64,000 bases of DNA from Takakia lepidozioides (taxonomy: Eukaryota; Plantae; Bryophyta). The DNA lies in the NCBI GenBank assembly GCA_030704615.1, contig CM060731.1, positions 58,280,001 to 58,344,000 on the forward strand, read 5' to 3'. The stretch's first letter is position 1, and the number at the start of each line of letters is the position of its first letter. Under the pieces are notes generated by a model, which ran no database searches, was not told the origin of the DNA, and saw nothing but the letters and a program-made list of their open reading frames with translations. Shown in pieces: positions 36,775 through 50,493 of the stretch. Both the position numbers and the translations under genes were made by a program.

Positions 36775-39534
36775 GTCACACCCTGACTGTGCTGACGTCT
36801 AGGTTGCCTGCTCAGAATTTTGCATCTGACTGTCTGCCTGTCTTTCCCTGTGCAGCAACTCTAAAACCACAATCCTGTGCCAACCACTAAAAGTGAGACA
36901 GAGGAGGATCGTGGAAATATGTCTGCAGCTCATTAACAACCAATAGTCACAGATAAATTTTTCACAACAGTGCAAGACGAACCGAGACTTGAAAAATGCA
37001 TGCAAACTGTACTTAACACAACATTCCTCACAGAACCACCTTCATACTAGCTCAGAGATCAGAGGAAGAGCTTTTGCTCAACTCATGTAGACCACTTTGT
37101 AGACTATCCTCTTCGCCAACGGGTGATCATCCCCCCTCTCCCAAATCACCCTAATAATCATTCAATGTGGTAATGTGTATCCCACTCCATCTTCATATGT
37201 GTACCTCTAGTTACTTGATATTTGTATATATACTCTGGTTGCAGATACAATCTCTCATGCCGCTGATCCAGAACACCATTCCATCATTGAAGACGATAGT
37301 GACACGAGGGATATAACAAACTTTCAATATCACCCTACTGTGCTCCCGGGTCCCAAAGCAACTCGGCGAACAAAACTTCTCGATTTACCGACAGACACTA
37401 CCTATACAAAATCGTAGAGGAGCTCGAGATTGAAGCCCGAGCTTAACCTTGAAACGCATGAATATACGTATTGGGTGCGGATTTCCCACAATCCTACTTG
37501 CTCGAGAAACCCATTGTATATAAGTAGAGATTGGTTGTGAACACCAACAATCCCTTCTATACTGTTTCTGAAAGATAATTGCACGGAAGGAATACTGGAA
37601 GACCTCCATAGAATCTGATACATGTACACTGAGCAATTACACTCTACTCACACCCCCACTCCCCCACGACCATCGCATCTTGTGCCCTCCCGCAGTTCGT
37701 TCCAAAAGGTGCCTACGGACAGAGTGAGGGTCCCGACTCAACCAACACAGACAGCCAGAGACCAAAACAACCCGACAGTCACAATGGGAAGGGAGAGAAA
37801 GAAAGAGAGAGCGAGAGAGTCTGGTTTCACGAAAACTCAGCTTACCAGCACAGATTTGGTTGTGGAAGCTCCCGTGCTCACTACCACCATATCCACCAGC
37901 AACACCAGCACCAAAACATTCAACGAGGAGACAGAGATTGCGCGATAAGAGGGACGCTGAGAAGGATGGAGAGCAGTGTTGACAATACACAGAGATTGCT
38001 GTGCTGGATATTTTGTTGCTATGGCCCACACTTCTTATCTCATACACATTTACGACAGAGAGGACCCACCCACTTGTCCCTGACAGACTTGTTTCTTGTG
38101 TTCACTCACACTGCCAGTATCTTTGCACACTTGAGTACTCATTATGTCTGCAAATCTCAGTCTGCAAAAGTTTGTGGCAGAGAGAGAAACATGAGGGAGA
38201 GATGATTGGACCAAAGCACTGTCACCATGCATGAGACTTGACCCATTCTGCTTTCAGTAATTCATATTGATCAACAGAGTTGAAACTTACAATATACAGA
38301 ACTTGATACAATTTGTCAAAAAGCCTCGACTAGCTTGTGCATAGGCAAGGCCATAAGTGTCCATCAAAGCTGATGTAAAATCGCACAACAGACACAGTCA
38401 TCAAGGGCTAGTCAATCCATCTTAATCGACTTTATGTCACCGTACACGGGTCTGCAGTAAGGGATGAGGTAACATGCTGGGTTTCACCATGCAAAAAAGG
38501 TTGCCTCCTTTGGAGGAAAACAAAACCGCATTCAACCAGTCCAGTCTGGTGTCGTAGTGCTGTTCCAACTGAATATAAGGTCTCTCTCTCCCTTACAAGT
38601 CGGTGAGACCCAACACCGAGAAAGCCGCCAAATCATAAAGCTCTTGCTGGAAGGTTGGTTAACTTCCACAAATATACACTTCGAAGTGCAGTGCTAAAAC
38701 AGCAGTGAAATGAGCAGAGTGTTCCATTTTCACTACGAATCTGGTGGCCCCATCCTGTGATCTCTAAGGACCCGCTCCACGTTGCATCACGCCATGTGTC
38801 TTGTTACATATACGCACCCACCTCAATCGCTACTATACAAGTAGTGAGTCATACAAAAGCTCCCCTACCCTACGGCTGCACCACCTTCTGTGCTATTATT
38901 GAAATCTTCTGAAGGCTACAAGTCGTCGGAAACGGTCAGACAAAAGCTAGCGCTGTTGTTGCCGATAGTCTGGTCGGTGAGGAGGAGATGGGGGCTGGAA
39001 GCCGGAGTGAGACGCACGTGCATAAGCCCCATCAATATCCACGTACTGTGCTGTTGGCTGACATTTTCAAACAAATTCACACGCATGAAGATGTATATAT
39101 GAGCCACTCACTCCAAGTTCAGGTGTACATACATCAACTGATATTAGAATCCCATCCTACATCCAAACTAAATCAGTACTAAAAATTACTTGTAACAACA
39201 CCTATCCAAAGTTATTATCGAAAGATTGCACAACCTCACTAGATTGTTTCTTATGGTGCTAAACAAGCACAATACCTCTGCCAGACTGGTAGTCCTAGCA
39301 TCCATGCTGTCCATAATAAGGACGACTAAGAACCAGGAACACACCTGTCCCATGTATGTTGGTCCAGAATACGCAGCAGCTTGTGGGACAGCTGCATTCA
39401 TGACTCTGCAATCAACCAAGCCCCCATTGCCCAGCACTTGTCAGTTTAACTCAGTAACGAAGAGGATGTACATCTCCAATGGCCCACTAACAAGCACTAA
39501 TTTGGCTGATTTCAGACTGATGGCAACTCAAGAA

Positions 39535-42500
39535 CTAATGACCAGCTATCAGCATCCAAACGTACCCAAATTGTTGTCCACGGCCACCCATGGCATGACC
39601 CCGGGCCCCAACATATGGGACTTGAGAGTACCCAGTCCCGCCGCTGGAAGACCCATAGCCACCACCTCCTCTTCCTGCAACCCCCATTCCTGGTGCCCCA
39701 TATCCTCCTGGCTGCTGAGGCTGCTGTGGGGGCCCTCCGTAGCCACCACCTGGTGCCCGCTGATTGGGCGGGTAATTGCCACCTTGATTTGGTCCTCCAT
39801 GTGGAGGACGTCCACCTCCTGGAATCCGACCTTGGTTGCCTGCTGGCCCCCTATTGTTGCTGTTGTTGTAGTGCTGACCAGCTGGACCATTCGTGTGAGA
39901 TGGAGGCCCCAAGTTGTTGTGGGGAGGTTGATTGGGACCAGGGCGCAGTGCGGGCATGTGTCCCCCACCCTGCTGGATGGGTGGTAGGCGAGCATGAGGC
40001 GCAGGGTGGTGCGTCTTTTGCCGCTTCGCTGCCTCCTCCTGTTGCTGCCGCTGTTGCTGCCGCTTCTTCTTGGTCTGAAACTCGTGTGACGCCTCATATT
40101 TGGGCAAGCTGCACACACACAACCAGCCATAGCAACACAGGAGGGAGGCAATTTAGTTATGATCATCAGCTACATGAGGTGTCCACATCATCAACTTCAG
40201 AGATAAAATGGCAGAATTGAAACTTTGGGGCAAACCCACAATAGGACTACACCCTGGTTTACAAATGGGCCAACAATCAAAATTTGAAGAGTTGACATGA
40301 TGACTCTTGAAGGGGACAAGTTGCATGCTAGTGTGGACAAGCAAAACATGCTTGCAACGAGCTCTGATGGATTGTGACTCAAATATCAGGGCAATTGGCA
40401 TTCCCCCTTGATACAAGACCCCCTGGCCAAACTAGTAACATAATTACTCGTACCATCACCACTGCACAATTTAAGCTGTGGTCTCGATCTTAGTGGAGAG
40501 CCCAATATGTGACCATCCAAAGTGGCGGCCCATGGACAAATGAATCACCAACCTGCTTGGTGAGCAAGGGAACGGTTCTGTCCAGAAGTACTCAGCATCC
40601 AAAGCATCTTTGGCACAAATTCTCTGCAAAGCCAAACCATGAACAATCTGTCAAACAACTCATGCCAGGTCTCAGATGGCTCTACCACATGAAAAGACAA
40701 GTACACTCAGACAAACTGCCAACAAAACTAGGAACGGTAACTTACCATAAGAACATGCAAACAAATTCAGTCCACACTGTAGCTCAACACATCATTGTCT
40801 AGAACTACCCTAGGGGTATACACACTCACGGAGGCCTGCAGATAAAATCTGTAACTCACTAAAAAAGAAATATTCCGGCTCCAGCTATGGAAAAGGGAGG
40901 GGGCATACATGGTTGGGGTCCAATGTCAGCATGCGCTCCAGAAGTTCAAGTGCGTGCCTGTCAAAACTGCCAAACAAAGAACACTGTGAACATTTGCTGC
41001 ATACTCTCTACCCTAAATTTCTGAGACATGTCAACCCAAATCCTGTGGACATGACAAGCTTATTTATTAGGATAGCGGATGTAAAACTGCGTTTTGATGC
41101 TTCTAAGTCTACATACGGTAAACAATTGAGTCTGTTAAGAGTCTGCAAGGGACTTACAGGAGATGCAGACCCAAATCCAAGAGGGTAATTTTGTAAGGGC
41201 TTCAATACAGGATAATCACAGTTTAATTCCACTAGTTCATCTATGCTGTAAGGTAGCAAATTGTGAGTAAAAGAGGAATCTGGCAATAGATAAACAGGGC
41301 CTCAAGTACTGTACGATTAAAGCTGCTGCAGGTGTGATACACAACGATACAAAATGAGCGTTCTTAGGCTGAATGAGCTTGGGGTGGGTCTACTGTACCT
41401 GCAGACTTGGGTTGGCTAGCTAAACGGGCAGGCCACCAAGCAAGTTAAGGAGCAAAAGGCTGTACTGAGAATCAGAGACATGGCTACTTTTTCCTGCACC
41501 CTCCAACTGATGAAATTAGCATAAAAAGGGTTATAGGAAAAAAGAATGGGCCATGTACTGTTTGAACACGTCCTTCACGCGTCGCTTCATTGGCCTCTCC
41601 GGCTTAAACTGATGGTAATACGGCAGCCTACTGACACCAGGCCAGTTCGCTTCATCAGGAGACCCACACAATTCACAGATTTTGCTGAACTGCTCAGCCT
41701 GCAACCGTCACACAGGTTTGAGAGTCAGGATGTTCACTGATACACCCCACTCCTCCTTTTCTTTCCGCAAAAGCACAGTCTCAAATCACCTATATTTTTT
41801 GCATGAGTCTGTCAGGGGGATGGAGGAGGGGGTGAAAAATCTTGTTAAAATGGATCCTTAATATTATCTTCCTCTGGCCATCTCTGCTCTTAGCCAACAC
41901 AACTATTGTGTAACACACGTCACATGAGCACCATGGTGACTTTGAGTTGGACTCCCACAACCAGCTTCCATTTTGTATCCCATGGGGACTATGTCCTGAA
42001 GTGGATGCCAAACTCCAAGAAAAAAAGCATGCCTTTCTGTGTCTTAACCACGTGTGCAAACAATTACATGCATCCATAGCCCCACAAAATCTTGTTGAAT
42101 TGTGCTTACGAGTTTACCAATGCAGCTCCCACCCTACACCTTTCACCAAAATTAACTAAAGTTTGAAGTTCATAAGTAATTAGAAGGCACACTAACATCA
42201 CTGTGTCTAGGCCTCAAAGATACGCACCTCATTTCTGCCAGGAAGAATGGGTTTGCCATGAAGCAGCTCTGCGAAGATACAGCCGACCGACCACATGTCT
42301 ACCGCTGGAGTGTATCTTGTGGAACCCATCAGCAGCTCGGGAGGCCTGTGACCCACTTCAACTCCAGTGATGATGCCATAGATCTACATCCATAGATTGA
42401 GTGCCAAAGTGCCTATGGAGAATGAAATTCAATCTTTGTAACTAGGGACACTTGGCCCTGCCCATGCACCACAGAAATATACTTCATAGTGAACTGTTGC

Positions 42501-45205
42501 TAGGGTCCTGAGAGGAGTGGCAACTAACATTAACTGTGGATGGTTTGCTACAGCTTGTGGGACTCTTGTGAGAGCCATGTCATATACAACTAAAAAGTTG
42601 TTCCCTCCAGATAGTACAGCTCGGAAAGACAGATGGCATCGGCAGACCATAGGTCATAAATGCTTAGTTAGAGGCATAGCACCAACAGAGCCTGGTCTTC
42701 ACTCGAACTATGAAACCATTGGACATTACTACAGCAGTTTAAAAGAGAGTGATGCTTCAAGCATCAGCTCAAAACCCACCTGTACCACAAGGTGATCACG
42801 CGATTTGTCAGCGGTTGGCCATTTTGGTCATTAGTAAAAGATCTCGCAAGTCCAAAATCAGCAAGCTTCAGGTTCCCATTGTTATCAATCAGCAAATTTG
42901 AGCCTGACCACCAAAAACAGTTCATGGCAGCTTGTCAGTTGCCATTGAAATAAAATGGTTCCTGTGGAATGTGGTCTGCAGATAACATCAGCCAGTGCAT
43001 CTTTTGTGTTGCTCAAAGCAGCACCTCAATAGCAACCAAACATCCATGCTTACCTCACCACATGATTCTCCACAATCGACAACATGTAAATGGAAAGAAG
43101 AAGCATCCAACAGATGGCCCACTGGTTAGGGCACAAGGCCGTCTACATGGTCGTGGGTTCAAAGGTCATAGGTTCATAGGTGCATGTTGGATGTCACCCA
43201 TTATGGTCAACCGAGCTATAAAAGGGGGATAACTGGGTCACCGGTTATTTACTGTGTGGGTATCTGGCCACTTTTGAGTCCCTGGGGAAGGGTTAGGCAA
43301 CCACATTGCCCTCGTTACGTTAGAAGGTGTCCACCTTCCAAACGGAAAGTAGTAGCCCTTCCAGATGAAATGACACCATAAGTTACATTTGCTTTGGCAA
43401 CTCTCTCTCTCTCTCTGGAAAGAAGAGACCAACAGACGAACTTACCCTTGATGTCGCGATGAAGAACTTGGTTGACGTGGCAATAGTGAAGGCCTGTCAG
43501 CAATTGCCTCATATAACACTGCAACCCCTCAAATTTACACATAAGCTACATGAAAGTACAGGCTTAGGCAATGCTCCAAATACAAACTCTTCTCCTCTTT
43601 TCAGTCTTGAACTTACAATAACTCCAAGATGACAAGCCAGAAAAAAAAACCTTAACTAGTGTTCTTCTCTTGCAATTTCTTTCTAATAACCCTAAGGGTC
43701 AAGCATTATGGAAGACAAACCTTTATTTGGGGTACAGAGAAACGCATCCCAGGTCGATCTGAGAGACCAGTCAAATCATGGTCCATGTACTCAAACACCA
43801 TATATATTGAGCCTTTGAACTTATTTGCATCGCCTGCAGCATACCACAAAGAGAATGTCAAGATCCTGCCAGAGTGAAGTCCACCTCTGAGAGAAAGCGC
43901 GTTCACTGATCAATCAAGAAATGGAGTTGTCAAAGTTTGACTGTGATTTCTGATACCATACAATTACAATGCTACTAAATCAGTTATCCTACCTGGCTTT
44001 ATTTGGTCTTCTTTCTCAGGTCCTGCCAGCACACAAAACCAAACGATGTCAGTGTCCAAAAGGGTTAATCCTGGGCCACAGCTAGGTCTCCAAACAGTAA
44101 TAGAACATGGATTCAGGAGTTGAGTACAATTCTGAGGTCTGGATGTTGATTTGATCATGGATGCAATAAACGCAGTGAGAACCTTTTGAAGTCACAATCT
44201 CCTTAAGCTTGATGACGTTAGCATGCTGCAATTTCTTCAATATCTTGATCTCTCGTATAGCTGTGATAGGAAACTGCATGTCCAAAAGCAAACCCAACAG
44301 TAGCACTTGCATATGAGCAACAATGTGAGAGTTAAAAATCCAACATCAAGTCTTGACGATATTAAATTAATAGGTCAATTAAGATACAAAGCTAAGGCTC
44401 ACCAGGAAGTTGGCCCTAGATGATTCTATCTAACAGTGTGCTGACACGTCTTATGAGTACAATCTAACAGTGTGCTGAAATTTACGCAAACATAATTCAG
44501 ATCTGATTCCTAATTCGTGTTTCAAATGTTTGTTGAGAAGTGCTGCAAATTTCCCTGGGAAAGAATAACAAGAACAACTTCATCCGTATGAGGATGAAGC
44601 CAGACATACCCCTTCCTTCTCATTATCCATACGGACTTTCTTCAGAGCCACTACTTCCCCTGTTGCTTTCTCTCTTGCCATGTAAACTTGCCTGCACAAC
44701 AAACACCAGTGCGTTATAATGAAAGAGCATATTAGTGTTGGCAACAGATACAGCCAAATTCCAGCTAAACTTCAGACATTATGAAACTTCATGCAACCTC
44801 AAAAGGTGCTCCTACATACTCTCAACATCATAAATCAATATGCTTTGAAAATTGCAAGGCCAGCCTTGCAACACTTGTTCCCATCTACCCAGATTGTTGT
44901 TGCTAGGCCCACATGCGGAAAACACTTTCTCACACCGAACCTCAAAACTTGCTCAGGAAGGATATGTGTATTGCATGATCCATGGCAAGAAAGATGTGCC
45001 ATGGCCAGACTTCCAAGGAATCCGACAAGATCCTGTAGAAATCCATTTCCCTATTGGACCAAAAAATGCTTCATAGTCAGAACGGAAGCACATACCCATA
45101 GGTACCTTCCCCAATCTGCTCGATCTTTTCGAAGCAATCCACACTCCGCGATCCCCATGATGGGGTCTCATCCAGATTGAGTTGACCGGGGGAAGCCACA
45201 GCCAT
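39535..45205 (-). CDS. CDKC: Cyclin-dependent kinase C (CDK9-like, PITAIRE), ~12 exons with a Gly/Pro/Gln-rich tail; 3' end uncertain
   Basis: ATG at 45205 [37 protein letters not shown]; [15 protein letters not shown]; [14 protein letters not shown]; LHRDIKG; LADFGLAR; [10 protein letters not shown]; DMWSVGCIF; [18 protein letters not shown]. Confidence 0.95.
44428..44478 (+). mobile_element. 17-bp retro-insertion with a 17-bp target-site duplication in a CDKC intron
   Basis: atctaacagtgtgctga + cacgtcttatgagtaca + atctaacagtgtgctga. The insert matches 1631-1647. Confidence 0.7.
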
Positions 45206-46259
45206 CCTTCCCTCTGTACCTGTCAGTTCCGTGAATTAACAGATCTTTGTCATCTAATTCACTTTCAATCTCTCCATTGTATATGCCATATCTTACTTAG
45301 CCCCTTATCTTGCTCTCTTATACGAGTCAAATTCTCCACAATTGTACTTCCATAAACCCTGATTCTGAAAGGAAAATACTCCCGAAGCCTCTGAATCTTT
45401 CTCCATCCTTCAAAGACCAAGACCTAAAGCCTATCCAAAAAGCAAAGTCGTGATACAGTAGTGATCCCTTCCTTTGGCCTTCTAATTGCAGTCCCGTCCA
45501 CTCTGGCTAAACCCTAAATTGTTCTCAAACCCTGAATCTCCAACATGTTCCTTACAGAATTTCCGCAAACTCGTTAAACACAGGTTCGAATCGATAACTC
45601 GCCAAAAGAAACTCAGGAAAACAGTGTAAATTCTCTGTGAGCCCCTGCAACTTTGATCTACCAAGCAACGCCTACAGCTTTACTGGAATTTCGGGCAAAT
45701 CCTCCTTGATGGCAAGTCTTCTTTAGGTCTTGAAAGGAGAAACTCGGAGTAACATTTCCGGAACGTAACAACTTGATCGAAACCACTTAAAGACCCCGAG
45801 TCTAGAGGCAATCTCCCTCTCCTCTCCTTCTCCAGACCTCAACGGCAAGACTTCCCTTCAAAGCCACCACACTAGTAAACAAAGTCTTTCTCCCGGTGCC
45901 CAATCCTATTCCAACTCAAAATGGCTTGTCTGGAAGCAATACCTGTAAGAAAGCTCTGGAGATATGCCCCTCGTGGCAATAGCAATGAAATTGTCGCACT
46001 CTTCGTCAGACCCTTAAGACGCCTCCGAATGAAGAACGATCACCACCGGCTCAAGCACCATGAGCCATGTCTGTGCTTGTTCCTCAAGCCCTAATCTGCG
46101 CAGACTGCCGAGAGGGCTTCTCGAGTAGGCACAGTAGGCTTACTAACCCGTTTTGGTGTAGCCCCAACAGTTTCCTAGAAAATAACTAGGGGGCTATTTA
46201 ATAGATATTTAACCCAATTTGAGATTTTATTTTTATTTTATTTTTAAGAACAGGGGGTG

Positions 46260-48890
46260 ATAGTGGCCCTGGAAACTTTATTGGCTCTGTCCCGTCAGGG
46301 CAGAGACTTTGCATCATGTTGAAGTCAATGGAGAAAATGTGGTCAACGGACCTTACACCGTGTCAAGAGTATGATTGGTCTAAAGAAGCTCTTAAGTATG
46401 AACCACGTGCCAACTTGTTTCAATGGACAGAGCCTCTCGCGGTTTGCGGCTTGTTCAAAAAACTTATTGAAGGGAAAAAGATTAAAACCCTTGTGTGCCC
46501 GAAGGCTGCCATAAGGCATATCTCACGGTAGACCATACTGGATAACTCTCGAACAATGACCGTAATGGTGAATGAAATGAGACAGTCAAACATAGATTGA
46601 AACCATGAACAGGCAGAGGCCCAATTCATAGACATAGCAAGAAACTAGAAGCCCTTCTGAACGACTAAGAGAATGAATCCATGACAAGGCAGGCGAGGAG
46701 GGAGGGAATTCGATTTGCCCAAGTACAGGTGAGAGCATCAGTGCAGCTACTTATGATCCATTGCTTCCCCCATGTTGCTCGGAAGGCAAAGATGAGCCCC
46801 GGCTGTTGCTCTGGTCTCCTAGCGACATTTGCACATCAAAGGATCCATGCTTTCTTAGCAGCCACTGTGAGGTCAAAGAAAACCATGTTGAGAATAGTTG
46901 TAGCAGATATATTCTCCTTGTCAAGATCCCATGCACTTCTACTTTTCCAAAGGTTCTTCAAAATGGCACCTCTCAGTCTCAAAAATCGGGCAGGAAAAGG
47001 CCTTCATTTTAACTCTCTGGTTATAGTTAAGGAGAATGGGCACTGGCCCAGAAGGCATCTGATCCCAGATTCTATAAAAGTCAAACACCAGGGGCCAGAT
47101 AACCTGGGGGGCCAAACAATGCAGGCAATGCTCCAACGATTCTATGATGCCAATAGTGTCTTCAATGCACCTATGGGCCCCGCCAGTATGACCCATGGGG
47201 TGAGCTCATAAGCCCCCCCCCGCCCATTCACCGCCCATTCACGGGGTCGGCCGGATTTTCAAATTTTTCTAAGTCCATGTTCTTCTACTGCGGCGGACAT
47301 TCTAGCGGATTCGGCAGACCCTCCAGCAGACTGACTCCAACCTTCCAACAGACTCGGCAAACCCTCCAGCTAACTGATTCCAACCTTCCAGCGGACTGGC
47401 AAACCCTCCAGCAAACAGACTACAATCTTCCAGCGGACTGGGCAGACCCTCCAACGAGCTCCTCGAGCAGACCGATGGACCCTCAGACAAAATGTATATT
47501 TAATAACACACATTACTGCCACAGTACCACCGGACAAGATTGAACTCTAAACCTCGTGCTTAGCAGCAGCAGACTGGCTATGTCCGGATAGGGGCGCTCC
47601 CACCCTCCGCAACCCCCTCTGCCACACGTGGGCTCCGCCGCAACCACACGCGCGGGCATTGAAGACGCTATTATCTTTAGTGGATGGTAACCCTCGTAAT
47701 TTATTGAAAAGTAAGGAAAAAATAATCTTACAATGGCCATGAAGGTTGAGAAACCATAAAGTGCTCCAAGAGTAACTTGAACACGGGATGAAGAAGTAGA
47801 AGGGACCGAGAGTGAGGGAGAGATGTAGAGGAGTGGGTGTTGAAGGCAAGGAAGATAGATAAGAGAGGTAAACCTAAATTATCTAGATGCTACCCCTCTT
47901 GCGTTTAGGCTAGTCGAAAGATAACTAAGCCTTAGATTTTCCCTTTCTGAAACTATGTTGATGGCACCAATTCACCTCCGACTCATCATCTTCCAGGGAA
48001 GAGTGTCTAGTGCTAATCGAGCTTCCAACATTCTGGGATGGAGTCAAACCACTTAATTCTCGTGTCTGAACACCTGCAGTAGATGATTCGCCCTTTCCCC
48101 CATGTGTTGTCAAAGTGAGCGAGTAGTTGAGTACGTATCTTGTTCCCGCATCTCTGTAGATCAGCTGCAGAGAGCACAACGCCAGCTATTCTAGCCTCAG
48201 ACATCAAGGCTGAGTGAACCCTGAAAATAACCATTTTTAAACAAGGCCTAGTGCTTTCAAACAGTTCAGAGAGCATCTACTCTTCCAAATGTGCCCGAGA
48301 ATGAGGCCTATGAGGGAATCCCAAACCAAGCAAGAGTTCTGGATGGTCCCATCATGAATATTGAAGAGCAGAGCAGGAATGGAGAAATTAAGAGTTAATC
48401 TCCAATTGGAATAAAACATAGCCGCATGATTCCAAACAGTAGATGCAAAAAGACAGTGAACAAGAAGACAATGTTCAATAGATTCCACAACTTGAAGATT
48501 GCATATAGAGCAGCAAGACTCAAGGGTGTATCAGTGAACATGGATCCAACTGGGAGAATTCTATTTGCAATCTTCCAAAGGAACGCAGAGATTTTAGCAG
48601 CTCTATGCTTTTTCCAACCATCAGCCCATATTGGTTTCCAAGAGGTAGGGTGACCAGGGATATGTGACCACTTTCATGACCATTTGCGATCGAGAGTCTG
48701 TAGAGGCATGAAGAGATTATAACTGAGTTTGACCGAATAGGAAAAAAAATGATCAATGTGCTTGTTGTTCATCCAAATCCATTCACCTGGATCAAACTGC
48801 AAGTTTTCACAGGAGCAGAGAAAAATCAATTCAGATTATGAGAGTAGTGCTACATAATAGAAATGGGACAGGGTTAATTCTTCCTAAAAT
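46260..48890 (-). mobile_element. Decayed L1-type LINE 3' fragments (interrupted)
   Basis: ESIEHCLLVHCLFASTVW..ILGHIWKSR (zf-RVT-like C-terminus); many stops. Confidence 0.6.
47310..47460. repeat. Short tandem repeat (~42-bp unit, ~3.5 copies)
   Basis: Repeated ccaaccttccagcggactggcaaaccctccagc..gact. Confidence 0.7.
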
Positions 48891-49344
48891 GGTACAGAAA
48901 ACCCTGATATAGTATAAAGAGGTAATGGATGGTAGAAGTATCTGGCCACAATTCAAATGTTGCGGATATGAGAAATCTCACATCCAGATTGGATGATATC
49001 CACTGGATGTATTAGTAGCTAGAACCGGATTGATACCCGAAATCTATTTCACATGCTGATATCACAAAACATCATTTCTTATAAATTACTATCTTTCCAG
49101 GGCATCTCTCCCCTCCGTGTTTCTCAAAAAAATAAAAACAAAAAAATACTTTTTTATAATTTAATTTAATTTTAAGAAAAATAATTTTAGTATCAGTTTA
49201 TTAGTTTAATAATCACTTAATTTGATAAATAATAATGAATATCTAATATTATATTATATTTCATGATTCCGGATTACGCTAGAACCCTCGGGTACTGTTA
49301 CCAATCCGACATATTTTCAAAAAACAATATTGAAAAAAATTACC

Positions 49345-49420
49345 TGTGACTTGTAGCTCAATTGCATAAGTGCACTGTGTGTTACACTAGTGGTTTGGGG
49401 TTCAAATCCTGCTATTCTAT
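49345..49420 (+). other. tRNA-like Pol III promoter relic (possible SINE head)
   Basis: A-box-like tagctcaattg at 49354 and B-box-like ggttcaaatcc at 49399. No convincing full cloverleaf. Confidence 0.4.
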
Positions 49421-49729
49421 CTTGCGAGTATAGTTTGTTTCGGGACCGGTTGGTCTGACGGTGATGTTTCCTTTTTATGTGCCCAATGGCTTATATGAAA
49501 GGTGGTTAATGTTTCCCCCCTCCTTAAGGGCGGCCCTGGATATGAGCAGTCACTCCCAAGTTTCCTTTAAAAAACATAAAAATTATTATGCGTATCCGGC
49601 GGGTATTGGAAGTTCAAATTTGCTTAACCTTGAAAGGACGAGCTAACTTTTTTCACTTTGATAAAAAAACCGTGAGAGATGGGCCCATTGGGAGGCAACA
49701 GGTCTTTCCCATGTTTCTCATATTTGGGA

Positions 49730-50493
49730 TGAACACTCTGGACCTTCTATCATAACCCCTGACAATGTAGCAGTCAGTTTCTTTACCAAAAAAGTAACAT
49801 TGAGCTGGAATTTGGTGACATGGAACTTCCCCCCATTATGGACGAATCTCCCCTCTCATTCTCATGTTCATAAGTACCCCCAATGGTTTGGCTTTTCCAG
49901 AAACTCCGAAATTCTAGCCTTTATGCGAAGGGTACCCTGGATTGTCAGCTCTCAGGCTGAACTGTTTCAAAGGTGATCCTACTACGACTTTCTTATCACC
50001 AACTCAAGAACTCATGTCATAAACAATCCATTCCTACTCTATCAGGGTATTATGTATCTTATCGGATAGGATTAATCCAGTGCCCCCCCCCCCTTGTTCT
50101 GCACCATTACTCTCGTAATTTCCATTGGTTCTTATTTGCTCCTATAAAAGCCTTGCAGTTTGATCCAGATGAGTGGATTTGGATGAACAAAAGGCATGAT
50201 CAATTTTTTTCCGACTCGGTAAAGCTTGGTTACAATCCACTCATGCCACAACAGAACTTGGAATGCAAATGGGCTAGGAAATGGTCTCATATCCCTGATC
50301 GCCCTACCTCTTGGAAACATGTATGGGTTGATATTTGGAAAAACATAGAGCTACAAAAATCTCAGCTTGCAGTCTTCATGTTGTGGAATCAATTGAACAT
50401 TGTCTGGTTGAATGTCATTTTGCTATGTCTGTGTGGCAGCAAACTGCGATATGCGATCTTCTATTCGGATTGGAGACCTCAATTCAATTTCTC
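49730..50493 (+). mobile_element. Decayed L1-type LINE fragment, related to 48240-48890 in opposite orientation
   Basis: LQFDPDEWIWMNK and VVESIEHCLVECHFAMSVW match the minus-strand copy; truncated by the LTR at 50494. Confidence 0.65.

Noticed and set aside
39226-40220. Plus-strand ORFs of 253 and 201 aa
   Set aside because: Antisense shadows of the GC-rich last CDKC exon.
49345-49420. Functional tRNA gene
   Set aside because: A and B boxes are present, but the acceptor stem does not pair convincingly.
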